Shown: positions 21,265 to 32,340, counted from the first letter of the whole stretch. The stretch: DNA of 63,940 bases, filler included, from an uncultured bacterium (GCA_964471275.1; 3 parts of 3 records of this genome joined end to end with filler, not necessarily neighbours in it), one strand, 5' to 3'. The notes: a model not told the origin generated them from the sequence alone. Made by a program: numbers and translations.

Positions 21265-22809
21265 TCATCCCTTCGGTCGTGTGTCTGATGCGTAGGGCTC
21301 GTGTTCAAAACGGCACGGTGTTTCGACGACACGCGGATCGTCCTGTTCCTTGAGCGTGGCCATCAACCGATCGTGCAACTCCTTTCGAGTTGTCTCGAAG
21401 TTGGCGTGGTCTGCAACATTGTCCATGTAGTCCGGATCCTCGCGAAGATCATAAAGCTCCTCCTGAGGACGCTTTCCGAATCCAAGGTCGAAAGCCCGCT
21501 GCACTTCGTCTTCCGCTCGGTGATGGATCATCCACGCCTTGGTTGGGCTGGCGTCCATGTCTGCATAGGCCGTGTATGTGACTTCCTGCAGGGACTCCCA
21601 ATCAGGGGTTTTAGTGTTGGGGTCGTCCATACCGTTCGGGTCGCCGGCAGGCCATCGATCGGGCGCGAAATTGTGTACGTAGAGGAAATTTTCGGTTCGG
21701 ATTGCGCGCTGGGGATAGGGGAGGAAGCCGTCACGAGCGAATCCGACGTGACGTTCACGGCCGGTCACGACAAATGTCCTCTCTGTGTCGACCAGCCCGC
21801 TGGCATCGCTCTCGAAAACGGGCACGAGGCTTTTTCCAGTCATGGAGTTCGGGATGTCGACGTCAGCCGCATCGAGGAAGGTGGGGCCCAGGTCCATCAG
21901 GTTTACGAAGTCGTCGATCTCACGTCCAGGTGTGATATGTCCGGGCCATCTCGCGGCCAGAGCGACTTCGCAGCCGATGTCATAGAGATTGCACTTTGCT
22001 CGAGGGAATCCCGGGATACCGTGGTCGCCGCTCACGACAACCAGCGTGTTGTCCAGTTCCCCGATCTCTTCGAGACGCTTCAAGATGACACCCAGACCCG
22101 CGTCAACGGCCTGGCACTCGCCCAGGTAATCGCACACATCCTCCCGAATATCGTGCACGTCGGGCAGAAAGCCTGGCAGCCGTCCCTTCAGATCATCTGG
22201 TTCGAGATTCCAGAGCCCCTTTCCGGATCTCTTCTGCCATTTTCGATGTGTGTTCGTCGGCCCCCACCAATAGCAGAAGGGCTTGCCTTTTTCTCTGGTA
22301 TCCAGAAATGAGTTGAAATTGTCGCGCGTCTCGTCCAGCAAGAGTTGCTTCGCTCCCTCTACCCCGTGTTCCTCGGCCTTCCCGGTGGCGTAGTGCGAAA
22401 AGTGGGCGAAGTGCGTGCCGGCTGACTCATATCTCGTTCTGTCTGCGCCATATGGGGCATTCTTGGCTTCCCCGGGTGACCAGACTTTGTATGTGTAGCC
22501 AATGTGGTAGCCATCCTTCTCAAGTTCCAGCGGATAGGAAGGGATGCTTTCATCCCAGCGTGCGCCCTGGAGAATGGCGCCGAGCCCCGTTTGCCAGAAG
22601 TAAGAGCCAGACAGGATAGAGCTGCGGCAGGGCGTGCAGCTTGGTGCAGGAACAAACGCGTTCTTGAAGATGGCGCCTTCGCGCGCGACGCGATCGAAAT
22701 TGGGTGTGTCGATGAGTGCGTTGAGAGATCTGTCGCCCTCGAACTTGCTGTAGGCGCCGGCAAAACGGCCCCAGTCGTCGGCGAAGGCGAATACAATGTT
22801 GGGTTTCAT
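21265..22809 (-). CDS. sulfatase (N-sulfoglucosamine sulfohydrolase-like)
   Basis: [44 protein letters not shown]. Confidence 0.93.
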   Translation of the reverse strand: MKPNIVFAFADDWGRFAGAYSKFEGDRSLNALIDTPNFDRVAREGAIFKNAFVPAPSCTPCRSSILSGSYFWQTGLGAILQGARWDESIPSYPLELEKDGYHIGYTYKVWSPGEAKNAPYGADRTRYESAGTHFAHFSHYATGKAEEHGVEGAKQLLLDETRDNFNSFLDTREKGKPFCYWWGPTNTHRKWQKRSGKGLWNLEPDDLKGRLPGFLPDVHDIREDVCDYLGECQAVDAGLGVILKRLEEIGELDNTLVVVSGDHGIPGFPRAKCNLYDIGCEVALAARWPGHITPGREIDDFVNLMDLGPTFLDAADVDIPNSMTGKSLVPVFESDASGLVDTERTFVVTGRERHVGFARDGFLPYPQRAIRTENFLYVHNFAPDRWPAGDPNGMDDPNTKTPDWESLQEVTYTAYADMDASPTKAWMIHHRAEDEVQRAFDLGFGKRPQEELYDLREDPDYMDNVADHANFETTRKELHDRLMATLKEQDDPRVVETPCRFEHEPYASDTRPKG

Positions 22810-23133
22810 TGAGCCTCCAGAAGTAGAGTTCAGAGTCGTGCTGTATCACACCGGCCTGGCAGGGATGCGACAGCCGTGTCATGACGCAATCAAGGTGCAT
22901 GTAATCGGGTTCGAGATCAACTCGCCAGCCTAGATTGCTCGTAAATGCCGACGGTGGCGGTTGGCCTTCAGTCGTAATGGCCGTGCGACGCATAAAGCCT
23001 CCGCCCGCAAGGATTCCTTACCTCGCGCTATTCTCGTTTATGGATGAGTTGCGATCACATGTTGCGATCTCCCACCATTGGCGTTCTGTATGCTTGCTCC
23101 TTCGGAATGACGTTGGTTTGTGGACAGTTCAGG

Positions 23134-24226
23134 CTAGTACCCACGTGTCTCCCTGATCCCGTCGCGCCAGGCTTCGGAGGAATTGACCTGGGTGGGTTTC
23201 TGTGTGGTGTTGTGCCGCGGCAGTTCCTTGACTCGCAATCCGCTGAGCTCTGAGTTCTGGTGATCGGCATAGAAGGATTCGAGCCGATCGCCGAGGCTGC
23301 GGGCGTCATTTGCGTAGTCAGGCACATCTTATGACGTCCACCTTTTCCTCAGGGACGGAAACCAGGTCGTACATCTCATCCCTGCCCTCTGAATACCTCC
23401 TGACGATTTTTCGGGTCGGTGTCCGGATGGTGCGCAGGTCACCATACTCGCCAAACCGAGTTCGGAGGTGTAAATAATAATCGTGTCTTCCAACTCGCCT
23501 GAAGCCTCCAGATGCGAGATGATACGCGCCATATGACGATCGATGTCCGCCAACGGCTGCATACTGGTTCGCGTGTCGCAGCCGGACGTCGTCCGTCGAT
23601 ACGGTCGCACCCTCGGGGATGCCTTCGTTCCAGCTGTTCGGATGCGGTTCGTCGACTCGGATATCCTCGAATGTCGCGTCGGTATATCCGATGTGGAGGA
23701 AGAACGGCTGATCGGGCTTGCTCGTCTCGAGAAACGCGATTGCCGAGTCGGTGACGTGCTCGGTAACGTTCCCTCTCCTGACCTGCGCACGTCCGTTTTT
23801 GATGTATGTCGTTATCCCTTCGTGACCTCCCTGAATCGCGAATCCGAAATACCAATCGTAGCTGCGCGGACACTCGAAATCTCTTCCTATATGCCACTTC
23901 CCCGCAAGCCCGCACCGATACCCGCTCTGGCCGAGGATCTCCGATAGCGTCACCTGTCTGGCAAGCCAGTCGCGCTCCTGGCATTCTGGCTCGTGCATGG
24001 CAATCCAGTCGTGGACGCCGTGCTGGGATGCAGTCAGACTGGTCAGGAGGCAGGCTCGACCTGGTGAGCAAATCGGCGTGGGCGTGAAGGCGTTGTCGAA
24101 CACGACACCGGAGAGCGCGAGATGATCGAGTGTCGGTGCGTGGCTCTCGCCGTTGCTGTAGCACGGGAGCGTCCAGGGCGCGTGGTCGTTGGTGATGAAG
24201 AGAAGGATGTTGGGGCGTTTGGTCAC
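23134..24226 (-). pseudogene. degraded sulfatase
   Basis: RPNILLFITND, CSPGR, GKWHIG; continuation LEDTIIIYTSE is in another frame; internal deletions; C-terminal piece at 23134-23325. Confidence 0.8.
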
Positions 24227-24278
24227 AGGTTGCTCAGGGCTGTGTAGGTGATCAAGACTCTATGTCTTCCACCTTCAT

Positions 24279-24401
24279 TCAATTCGCATGTGTGGGTGCA
24301 TCCATCTGATTCTGGAGTCTCCGAACTTCTTCCACAGACAACGAGATCTTGATGGTGAGATGACCTTCACGCTCGAAGTGCTCCCAATCTGCGTCCGCCA
24401 T
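24279..24401 (-). pseudogene. possible N-terminal remnant of a PhyH-family dioxygenase
   Basis: Hand translation MADADWEHFEREGHLTIKISLSVEEVRRLQNQMD resembles PhyH N-termini (FxxxGYL...LSxEEV). Confidence 0.4.
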
Positions 24402-24432
24402 CAGATGGGTCAGCGCTTCCGTCTTCGTTCAA

Positions 24433-24909
24433 TCACTCGTGACTTTGATCGGTCCGGTCCGGTCCGATTCGCGTCAGGCGCTGGTCGAATTCTCCGAGCG
24501 CAGCCCTGTTACTATCGTGTTTCAGTAAGTGGAAAGCCTCGCCAAGACTCACCCAACGATAGTCCGTGTGCTCGTGAGAAAGTGTGATTTCCTGTCCCTC
24601 CACATCCACACCGAAGGCGTGCTCGTGGACGACGTAGATGTCGTCTCCCCATCCTGTGCCTCTGAAGATCGAGGTCGGGATGCTGCAAATGGAATCCATC
24701 TGGATGAAATCCGAATCGGGATCGATCCAAGCTTCTTCCCAGGACGCGCGTCTTGCAGCTTCTATTGGAGTTTCATCATCCTCAGCGCCGCCCCAGATGC
24801 CCTGCCAGAAGTCATCTTCGCTGTCGGCACGGTTGAAGATTTCGAATTCGTAACTCTCCGTCTTTCTGCGGTAGGGGAAGACCATCGCGTTGATCGGAGC
24901 ACGATCCAT
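24433..24909 (-). CDS. Nudix hydrolase with a degenerate Nudix box
   Basis: FWQGIWGGAEDDETPIEAARRASWEEAWI; LSHEHTDYRW. Confidence 0.8.
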   Translation of the reverse strand: MDRAPINAMVFPYRRKTESYEFEIFNRADSEDDFWQGIWGGAEDDETPIEAARRASWEEAWIDPDSDFIQMDSICSIPTSIFRGTGWGDDIYVVHEHAFGVDVEGQEITLSHEHTDYRWVSLGEAFHLLKHDSNRAALGEFDQRLTRIGPDRTDQSHE

Positions 24910-25347
24910 CAGGTGTTGGCTGCCGCGATGGCTTCCCAATGTCTGTTCGCCACCGTACCGACGCCTGTGTCATCCAACGGTTCTACCAATCTTTCAAGAC
25001 CACCGGGTGGATCGTCGAGAACGCAGGGATTCGCTGCGGCGACGTAGGCATAGATCATCGTCCACCGTGGGTTCTGGCTCAGGTTCGGGTCAGATGCGTG
25101 CAGGATGTTCCCGTCGAAGAAGAGCGCATCACCGGGATCGATTTCGCAGTAGATCTCGTCCATTTCCTTGAGTGCGAAGGCGACCCGTTTCGGATCAGCG
25201 ATCAGTTGGGATCCAGACGTCAGGTGCTCGAGACGGCCGAGCCGGGTCGATCCACGAATGATCCGAAGACATCCGTTCTCTCTGGTCGCCGCGTTCAGTG
25301 CGATCATGACACTGATGAACTGCGGATACAGGAACTCCTTGTAGTGA
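24909..25347 (-). CDS. phytanoyl-CoA dioxygenase (PhyH) family protein, 5' truncated by contig end
   Basis: ISVMIALNAATRENGCLRIIRGS; PGDALFFDGNILHASDPNLSQNPR. Confidence 0.85.
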
Positions 25348-25447
25348 NNNNNNNNNNNNNNNNNNNNNNNNNNNNNNNNNNNNNNNNNNNNTTAATTAAT
25401 TAANNNNNNNNNNNNNNNNNNNNNNNNNNNNNNNNNNNNNNNNNNNN
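25348..25447. other. artificial contig-joining spacer
   Basis: Run of N flanking TTAATTAATTAA (stops in all six frames). Confidence 0.98.
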
Positions 25448-25546
25448 CAGGAAGAAGTAATTCAGATTCACCAGCATCGTCGAGTCGTCGAAGATGATCG
25501 AAAGGGGAACCCGGTCAAGCGCGTGTCGGGTTATTTCAGCTTCCAT
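25448..25546 (-). CDS. N-terminal fragment of a hypothetical protein cut by contig end
   Basis: MEAEITRHALDRVPLSIIFDDSTMLVNLNYFFL runs into the gap. Confidence 0.5.
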
Positions 25547-25702
25547 CGTGTACTCGTGGCTTGGATGTGCGTCAACGGCGAGGAAGCAAACATACGCCAA
25601 GCCAGGGACTTTAACAAAGGAATCAGATGATCCTCTGTTGACGGTTGGGTGTCCAGACGTTTACTTTTGTGTTCGTGGAATATGATCTCCGAAGGGGGAA
25701 GC

Positions 25703-25812
25703 GTGGCCAGCATTCTGGTCATCGATGACGACGAGTTGATGCGGACATTCCTGATCGAATCGTTCAAGGACAAGGGCTATGTCGTTCGGCCTGCAAAGAA
25801 CGGTCAGCTGGG
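25703..25812 (+). pseudogene. response-regulator receiver N-terminal remnant
   Basis: GTG start after GAAGGGGGAA; ASILVIDDDELMRTFL...GYVVRPAKNG, abruptly joined to transposase sequence. Confidence 0.7.
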
Positions 25813-26038
25813 GAAAGACTGCAAAGCACCATCCTCCATGAACACTGGAGGATCGCCTTCAGACGGTGCTACTTCACTACACAAAGACAGCTTGAAGCTT
25901 CACTCCAACGCTTCCTCTGCTTCTACAACGACGAACGGCCACACTTCGAATACTGAACCAAAGGACGAACACCCTCAGAGATCCTCTGGGGAGCTCAAAG
26001 GAGGACCTGAAGTGTCAACACCATTACGACATTGGACA
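25813..26038 (+). mobile_element. IS481-family remnant (transposase C-terminus + right end)
   Basis: Hand translation ERLQSTILHEHWRIAFRRCYF...FYNDERPHFEY*TKGRTP; ends TGTCAACACCATTACGACATTGGACA (ACA terminus). Confidence 0.75.
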
Positions 26039-26100
26039 GACTAGGGGGGGGGAGTTTCGAAACAGAGAACGGCCCCATAATCGGGGATGCGGTATTGTAC

Positions 26101-26130
26101 GGGTGTGATTCGGGATCACGCCCTTTTTTT
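26101..26130 (+). terminator. intrinsic terminator
   Basis: GGGTGTGAT-tcggg-ATCACGCCC-TTTTTTT. Confidence 0.75.
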
Positions 26131-26142
26131 GTGGATGAGGCT

Positions 26143-26979
26143 ATGGACGAGCGAGCGACTCCTGTTATTAATGGTGCAGAGCACGCGTGGGTGATCCACG
26201 ATCCGCGATTTCCGATTGTTCCGCGAGAGGCAAGCTGCCAGATAAAGCAGATGCCAACCCGGGAGTATTCAGCAGAGCATCTGATCGCCGAGATGCACGT
26301 TCACGGTATCGACCGGACGGTGATCAGCCACGTCTGCTACTACGGACGGAACAACGACTATGTCAGCTATGCGGTGAAAAAATGGCCCGATCGGTTTGCC
26401 GGAATCGGGCTGCTTGTGGGTGACCGGCTCCACGAACCGGGGGACGAAGCGAACCCCGATCGGCTCGCACAAGCGATGGAGGAACAAGGGCTTGTCGGGT
26501 TAAGGCTCAGTCCGATCTACGACAAGGAGAAACGCTGGTTCGACGACCCGGTGATGTATCCGTTCTGGGAACGGGCACAGGAATTGGGTGCGGTGTTTAG
26601 TGTGTTCCTGGCCCCCGAGCAAGTGGGTCAGGTTTCGAACATGGCGGAGCGCTACCCGGGGGTGAAGGTTGTCGTCGACCATATCGCAATGATCGACATC
26701 ACAGCCCCGGATTCGGATGGGTTCGGGCCGCTGCTGGAGATGAATCGATTGCCCAATGTGTATGTGCGAACGTCCCTTCACAATCCGTCGAACGAAACGA
26801 CACCCTATCGAGATGTCTGGCCGTTTCTGGAGCGGATGTATGACGTATACGGAGCGGAGCGCATGTTGTTCGCGAACTTCTTCGAGTATCTGATTATGAA
26901 GGAGATGATCCCGTTTCTCTCGGAAGAGGATAAGCGGTGGGTGCTGGGGGGGACGGCGGAGAGGGTGTATTTCCGGTAG
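26143..26979 (+). CDS. amidohydrolase family protein (lactonase-like)
   Basis: YYGRNNDYV, PDRFAGIG, GLRLSP, VVVDHIA, YGAERMLF. Confidence 0.85.
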   Translation: MDERATPVINGAEHAWVIHDPRFPIVPREASCQIKQMPTREYSAEHLIAEMHVHGIDRTVISHVCYYGRNNDYVSYAVKKWPDRFAGIGLLVGDRLHEPGDEANPDRLAQAMEEQGLVGLRLSPIYDKEKRWFDDPVMYPFWERAQELGAVFSVFLAPEQVGQVSNMAERYPGVKVVVDHIAMIDITAPDSDGFGPLLEMNRLPNVYVRTSLHNPSNETTPYRDVWPFLERMYDVYGAERMLFANFFEYLIMKEMIPFLSEEDKRWVLGGTAERVYFR

Positions 26980-27078
26980 AGGTACAGGGGGCAGAGCGCA
27001 GTGCGAAGGATGGGGTAGAGGTAAGGCGGGAAGCCGAGACGCAAGACGTCTGGCTGCCGGCATAGCAAGGTGGGGCAT

Positions 27079-28125
27079 ATGAAGATCATAAAGCTGGATA
27101 TCGAAACGCAAAGTGTTGCGGGTAAACTGAATCCGAAGAGGGACGCGCTCCAAGCTCTGCCCGGGGCTGGAGGGGTGACTGTGAGGATAGAGGCGGAGGA
27201 TGGGTCCGTTGGGGTCGGGGGAGCGTCGTTTGGGCGGATAGCGGGAGGGCCGGTTGCGCTGGCGGCGGTGATCGAGCACGAACTGAAGCCGCTGGTGATT
27301 GGGAGCGATCTGAGATATGTGAGAGGGACTCATCGGGAGATGCTCAGAGAGACGGAGTATCACGGGTCGGCAGGGCTGGCGATGTTCGGGATCGCGGCTG
27401 TGGATACGGCGATTTGGGATTGCCTGGGGAGGTCGCTCGATGTCCCGTGTTGGCACCTGTGGGGACGCGTAAACGATCGGATCCGGGCCTATGCGATGGT
27501 GGGGTGGTTGGACTTCGATGACGGCGAGGTGCAGGAGGTCTGCGCACGTGCAGTGGACCAGGGATTCAAGGCGGTGAAGATCAAGGTCGGATTCGAAACG
27601 CTGAAGGAAGATATCGAACGGGTGGAGACCGTGAAGAGGGCAGTGGGCGATGAAGTGGGGATCATGGTGGATGCGAATCAGTCGCTGACAACGGCGGAGG
27701 CCGTCCGACGGGGACGGGCATTTGAGAAGATGGGATGTGTGTGGTGGGAGGAGCCAATAGCCGCCGACGATATCGACGGATACGCGGAGTTGACACGTTC
27801 GCTGGATATCCCGATCGCGACGGGAGAGAACCTGTATACGGCAGCGGATTTCGCACGGTTCCTGAAGCGAGATGCTGTCGACATCGTGCAGCCGGATCTG
27901 AGAAGAGGGGGCGGTCCTACGGCCCTTCTGCAGGTTGGCTACGTGGCGGATGTATTCCGGCGACCCTATGCCTCACACGGTGGCGGACCCGTTCAACTGA
28001 ACGTGATGGCCTGTCTGCCGAATGCGATGTATCTGGAGACGGGGATGATTCCGGAGGGGTCTTCGATGAAGCTGGACGGAGAAGGATATGTGAAGGTGCC
28101 GGAGGGGGCAGGATTTTCGTGGTAG
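27079..28125 (+). CDS. mandelate racemase/muconate lactonizing enzyme family protein
   Basis: KAVKIKVG, MVDANQ, WWEEP, ATGEN, VQPD. Confidence 0.93.
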   Translation: MKIIKLDIETQSVAGKLNPKRDALQALPGAGGVTVRIEAEDGSVGVGGASFGRIAGGPVALAAVIEHELKPLVIGSDLRYVRGTHREMLRETEYHGSAGLAMFGIAAVDTAIWDCLGRSLDVPCWHLWGRVNDRIRAYAMVGWLDFDDGEVQEVCARAVDQGFKAVKIKVGFETLKEDIERVETVKRAVGDEVGIMVDANQSLTTAEAVRRGRAFEKMGCVWWEEPIAADDIDGYAELTRSLDIPIATGENLYTAADFARFLKRDAVDIVQPDLRRGGGPTALLQVGYVADVFRRPYASHGGGPVQLNVMACLPNAMYLETGMIPEGSSMKLDGEGYVKVPEGAGFSW

Positions 28126-28162
28126 GTGTGGGGGGTGGGAGGATTGAGGCGCATTTGGAGGA

Positions 28163-28864
28163 GTGAAGGTGGGCGTCGAGGGTTTCGACTATGACTCGGA
28201 TCCGGATCGCTTTCGGTCGAATGTGAAGACGGTCGAGCTGTACGGATTACAGGGGGACGTACACACGGAGGTTGCCGACCGTGTGGCCGCGGAGAGTCTG
28301 TGGCCCGTGCTGGATATGGGGTGTGGAGAAGGTCGGCTTCGCGCGGCCATCGGCGAGAAGGGGCTTCTGATTGCGACGGATCTGTCGATGACGATGCTTC
28401 ATACAGCACCAGATCCCAAAATGTGTTCGGATATGACACGGCTGCCGGTTGCGGAAGGCAGTTTCGGGAGTGTGGCGGCGCTCTGGTGCCTGTATCATCT
28501 GCCCCGCCCGGCCGACGCCATTCGAGAAGCCCATCGTGTGCTGAGATCCGGGGGATTGTTTGTTACGTGCGTGCCCAGCATACACAACGATCCAGAATTC
28601 GCCCATCTGTTCCCGGATCCGAAACCTTCATCCTTCGATTCCGAGTTTGCCGCCGATCTTGTGAGCGAAGTGTTCGGCAGGATCGAGGTGGATCGATGGG
28701 ACACGAAGGCGATCGGGCTGCCAGATGTAGAGGCCGCGAAGCTCTACCTGAGAGGACGGGGGATGTCCGATGAACAGGCGGCTAAGGCGGCAGAATCTGT
28801 GGAGACACCTGTCAAGCTGACAAAGCGGGGGGCACTGGTTTGGGGGTACAAGAGAAATCAGTGA
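28163..28864 (+). CDS. class I SAM-dependent methyltransferase
   Basis: VLDMGCGEG; AHRVLRSGG. Confidence 0.88.
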   Translation: MKVGVEGFDYDSDPDRFRSNVKTVELYGLQGDVHTEVADRVAAESLWPVLDMGCGEGRLRAAIGEKGLLIATDLSMTMLHTAPDPKMCSDMTRLPVAEGSFGSVAALWCLYHLPRPADAIREAHRVLRSGGLFVTCVPSIHNDPEFAHLFPDPKPSSFDSEFAADLVSEVFGRIEVDRWDTKAIGLPDVEAAKLYLRGRGMSDEQAAKAAESVETPVKLTKRGALVWGYKRNQ

Positions 28865-28923
28865 TCAATGACAAGTGTCATTTGACAAATGGCTGGTGTC
28901 GGCGCTGAGCGGAATGGGAGGCG

Positions 28924-30369
28924 ATGATGAAGAGAAGGATATTCTTGAAGCAGGCTGGGGCTGTAGGGGCAGCAGTGGCGTTTGGTAGTGGGGCTCCGGA
29001 GGCGGTTGAGGATGACCGTCGCCAACCGAACCTGGTATATGTCTTTCCGGATCAGTATCGGAGGTAGGCGATGGGGTTTGTGGGACAGGATCCCGTTCTG
29101 ACACCGAGGATCGATGGGTTCGCGAAGGACAGCCTGTATCTGCCGCACGCCGTCAGCAACTATCCCGTGTGCAGCCCGCACCGGGCGATCCTGATGACCA
29201 GTCAGCATCCGGTGCGGAATGGCGTGCTAGCGAACTGCCACTCGGGCCGCACCCACCTTCACAACTACCTGAAGGAAGAAGCTCGTTGTATGACCGATGT
29301 GTTGTCCGAGGCCGGGTATAGCACAGGCTACATTGGGAAGTGGCATCTCGACGGCCCGGATTCGACATCCCCTGGCGAACCCGTCGAGTGGGATGCGTTT
29401 ACACCGCCAGGCAAACGTCGGCACTCAGTTGATTTCTGGTATGCATACGGGACCTACAACGATCATCTGCATCCTCACTACTGGACCGGCGATGCGGACG
29501 AGCGTGATCGGCTGGAAATCAGCCAATGGTCACCACAGCACGAGGCAGATCAGGCGATCTTATTTATTCGGAATGACGGAGGGAATTACAGGGAAGGCAC
29601 GGCGCCATTTGCGCTGTTTGTCTCGATGAACCCCCCACATCCACCCTACAATCTCGTTCCGGACAAGTATCGCGATCTGTACGGGGGACGCACGAACGAG
29701 GATCTCCTTGTCCGCAGCAATGTCGATCTGGGATCGGTGAACAGCGAACGGGCGCGACGCAGCGTGTCGGACTACTTTGCCATGGTGAGCGGTGTAGACG
29801 AGCAATTCGGCCGGATACTGGATGCGCTCGAAGGCGAAGGCCTGGCGGATGATACGATCGTGGTGTTCACGTCGGATCACGGGGAGATGATGGGCAGTCA
29901 CGGCCGGATGTCGAAGAACGTCATCTACGAAGAGTCGATGAATATTCCTTTTCTGATCCGGTATCCCCGCACGATTGATCCCCGCGAAGATGATCTGATG
30001 CTGAGCACGCAAGACATCTTCCCATCCCTAATGGGCTTGATGCAGTTGGCAGATCGGACGCCGGAATCTGTAGAAGGCGTCGATCGATCCAGCGTGATGG
30101 TCGGTGGGACGGGTGAAAGACCGGACTCGGCACTCTACATGCGTCTGCCGGCCGGTAAGCCAGGTGAAGGGATGAGGGGACTGAGGACGCACGGGCATAC
30201 CTACCAGGCAGCCGGAGAGAGAGACCAGACTGCTCTGTTGTTTGACAATGCAGCTGACCCCTTCCAGATGGTAAATCTCGCGGGTATGGGTCAGAGGATC
30301 GAAGCACAGCTGCGAGAGCGGATGGAGGAGCAGCTTGTTGAGACGCGTGATCCGTGGGTAGCGGTGTAG
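28924..30369 (+). pseudogene. Tat-exported sulfatase interrupted by an in-frame TAG
   Basis: MMKRRIFLKQ Tat signal; QPNLVYVFPDQYRR*AMG with TAG at 29065-29067; CSPHR, GKWHLDG and SDHGE follow in frame. Confidence 0.85.
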
Positions 30370-30417
30370 CGGGGTGGAGGTATTAGCTCAATAGAAGATC
30401 GACTTGAGAGGTTGTCT

Positions 30418-31029
30418 CTAGAATTGGTAGCCGAAGGTTTCTATGGTGCGGCGAAATCGGCGAGCGATCTGGGTTCGCGTCTGAGCGGTATAATACTCTC
30501 GATAATGGACACGATCGGTCTGGTTCAGGTGGGGAAGCGCGATGGGGTCTATTTCGAGCCGACTGCAGATGGCTCGCCAGTTTTCTTCGAGCGTTTCAAA
30601 ACGGCCAATGTAGTCCACGATGGCGTTGCCTGCTGAATCGGAGATCCAATCGAAACTGTTGCCCTGGAATTCGTTGATCTGATGGCTTCCGTAGGGCGAG
30701 GCCATGAAGCGGCTGAATCCCATCTCTGCGATTCGAGCCGAAGTTTCTGGATGGCCTCGGTCCCCTGCCTTCTGAACCCACCAGTTGTAGCAGGACACCA
30801 TCTGATCCCACGGATTCCGGACGAAGGCGAATGTAAACGCGCTTTCCCACATCGTCTCACCGACGATGGACCTCAGATCACGCGCTTTGATGTGTTTGGG
30901 CTGAGTGACGTCAGCGGGAAGGACATACGGGTTTGACACCGGTAGGCTGTCGATCGCGTCGCTGATGCTGTTGCCGGCGGTCTTGGGGATGTGGACGTAG
31001 ATGCAGTTGTAGTCAGGCAGAATGCGCAT
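30418..31029 (-). CDS. sulfotransferase family 2 protein
   Basis: PAPS-binding HIPKTAGNS and FVRNPWDQMVS; IGRFETL. Confidence 0.9.
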   Translation of the reverse strand: MRILPDYNCIYVHIPKTAGNSISDAIDSLPVSNPYVLPADVTQPKHIKARDLRSIVGETMWESAFTFAFVRNPWDQMVSCYNWWVQKAGDRGHPETSARIAEMGFSRFMASPYGSHQINEFQGNSFDWISDSAGNAIVDYIGRFETLEENWRAICSRLEIDPIALPHLNQTDRVHYREYYTAQTRTQIARRFRRTIETFGYQF

Positions 31030-31047
31030 GGATCACTCTATAGATTA

Positions 31048-31719
31048 TCAGGCGACAGCGTAGTCGGAAAGATAGGTTTCGACCTGGGCAGCTATTGTGT
31101 CAGTCATAACGATCTGGCCATCGATCTCTCGGTCCGGTAGGTGTTCAAGGATGTCGTAGACGGTGACGATGGCGCGAACCTCGACATCAGCCTTTTCGGC
31201 GAGGGCCTCTACCGAGTTTCCGCCATCCTTGTTCCGTTCTCTCCGATCGACGGCGATGATGAGACCAGTAACCTTACCCTCCGTTTTTGTCCGTAGAAGG
31301 CTGATGGCCTCCACTTTTGTGGCGCCGTCGGTGACGACATCATCGACTACGACGACGGTGTCATCTGCCTGCGGTACGCGCCCGACGATCCAACCGCCCT
31401 CGCCGTGATCCTTCTCTTCCTTCCGGTCAAAGCTGTAGGCCACGTCCTGCGCGTAGTGATGGTCGAAGGCGATCGCAGTCGCGATACACAGAGGGATGCC
31501 CTTGTATGCCGGACCGTAGATGACCGTGGGCTGCTGTGCGAGTTCGCGCGTGGCGGAAGCGTAGTAGTAGCCCAGGCGCTCGATCTGATTGCCACGGCTG
31601 AATTCACCTGAATTGAAGAAGTAAGGCGACGTACGTCCGCTCTTCAGCGTGAAAGAGCCGAACTTCAGGGCCCCGGATCGCACGAGGAAGTCGATGAAGT
31701 CTGCTTGGTAGGATTGCAT
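31048..31719 (-). CDS. pyrE: orotate phosphoribosyltransferase
   Basis: FTLKSGRTSPYFFN; GPAYKGIP; RKEEKDHGEGG; VVDDVVTDG. Confidence 0.96.
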   Translation of the reverse strand: MQSYQADFIDFLVRSGALKFGSFTLKSGRTSPYFFNSGEFSRGNQIERLGYYYASATRELAQQPTVIYGPAYKGIPLCIATAIAFDHHYAQDVAYSFDRKEEKDHGEGGWIVGRVPQADDTVVVVDDVVTDGATKVEAISLLRTKTEGKVTGLIIAVDRRERNKDGGNSVEALAEKADVEVRAIVTVYDILEHLPDREIDGQIVMTDTIAAQVETYLSDYAVA

Positions 31720-31860
31720 ATTCTAAAACCCCTATGGTAGAGCGCTTGGGGCAGGGGGCGTAGGGCAAGGAGAAGCAGGTCACTACGGCCCGTGCTTGCT
31801 GCACGAGGGTGTTGACGGTCCATTTCACGCGAACCATCTTACGCTGGGAGGATACTGAAA

Positions 31861-32340
31861 TTGAGCGTGGAGGAGCAGATTCAGCCAGGTGCAACCAGGT
31901 GGCGGGTGGCGACAGGTTTCTGGATGGCGCTGATTTTTGCGCTGTCCAGTGCACTGTTTGCACCCAGGATGTCGTTCGATGCAACGCTCGATTTCTTCGG
32001 CGCGATTAACTATGCGGCCAGGAAGTGTGCGCACGCCTTCGAATTCGGGATCCTGATGTGGCTCTGGTTCCGTGCTCTGTATCCTCGGCCCTTCTCACTG
32101 GGCAAAGCTCGCGGCTGGGCGATTTTATTGTCCGCTCTGTACGCCGCGTCGGACGAGTTGCACCAATCCTTCGTCCCGCTCCGCTCCGGCAAAGCCACTG
32201 ACGTTCTGTCTGACGCAGCTGGGATCCTGGCTGTCGCCTACCTGATCGGGAAAACCGGATCGTCCACTACCCAACCGCTGCTGTCGAAGCTGTTCGGCAT
32301 CCATCCGAGCCGGGCCGAAGATAATGATTCGCCCCGATAA
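31861..32340 (+). CDS. VanZ family membrane protein
   Basis: RKCAHAFEFGIL; YAASDELHQSFVPLRSG. Confidence 0.88.
   Translation: MSVEEQIQPGATRWRVATGFWMALIFALSSALFAPRMSFDATLDFFGAINYAARKCAHAFEFGILMWLWFRALYPRPFSLGKARGWAILLSALYAASDELHQSFVPLRSGKATDVLSDAAGILAVAYLIGKTGSSTTQPLLSKLFGIHPSRAEDNDSPR

Noticed and set aside
21301..22311. Long antisense ORFs (e.g. 21301..22311, 26500..27456, 38100..39104)
   Set aside because: Shadow frames of well-supported genes, expected in GC-rich DNA
25348..25447. TTAATTAATTAA palindrome within N runs (also 50631-50730)
   Set aside because: Artificial scaffold linker, identical at both gaps; not biological
16095..29067. Stop-codon reassignment or pyrrolysine read-through suggested by in-frame TAG/TAA
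   Set aside because: The stops replace different inferred residues (Trp, Gln, Tyr), TAG ends many intact genes here, and no pyl genes are present
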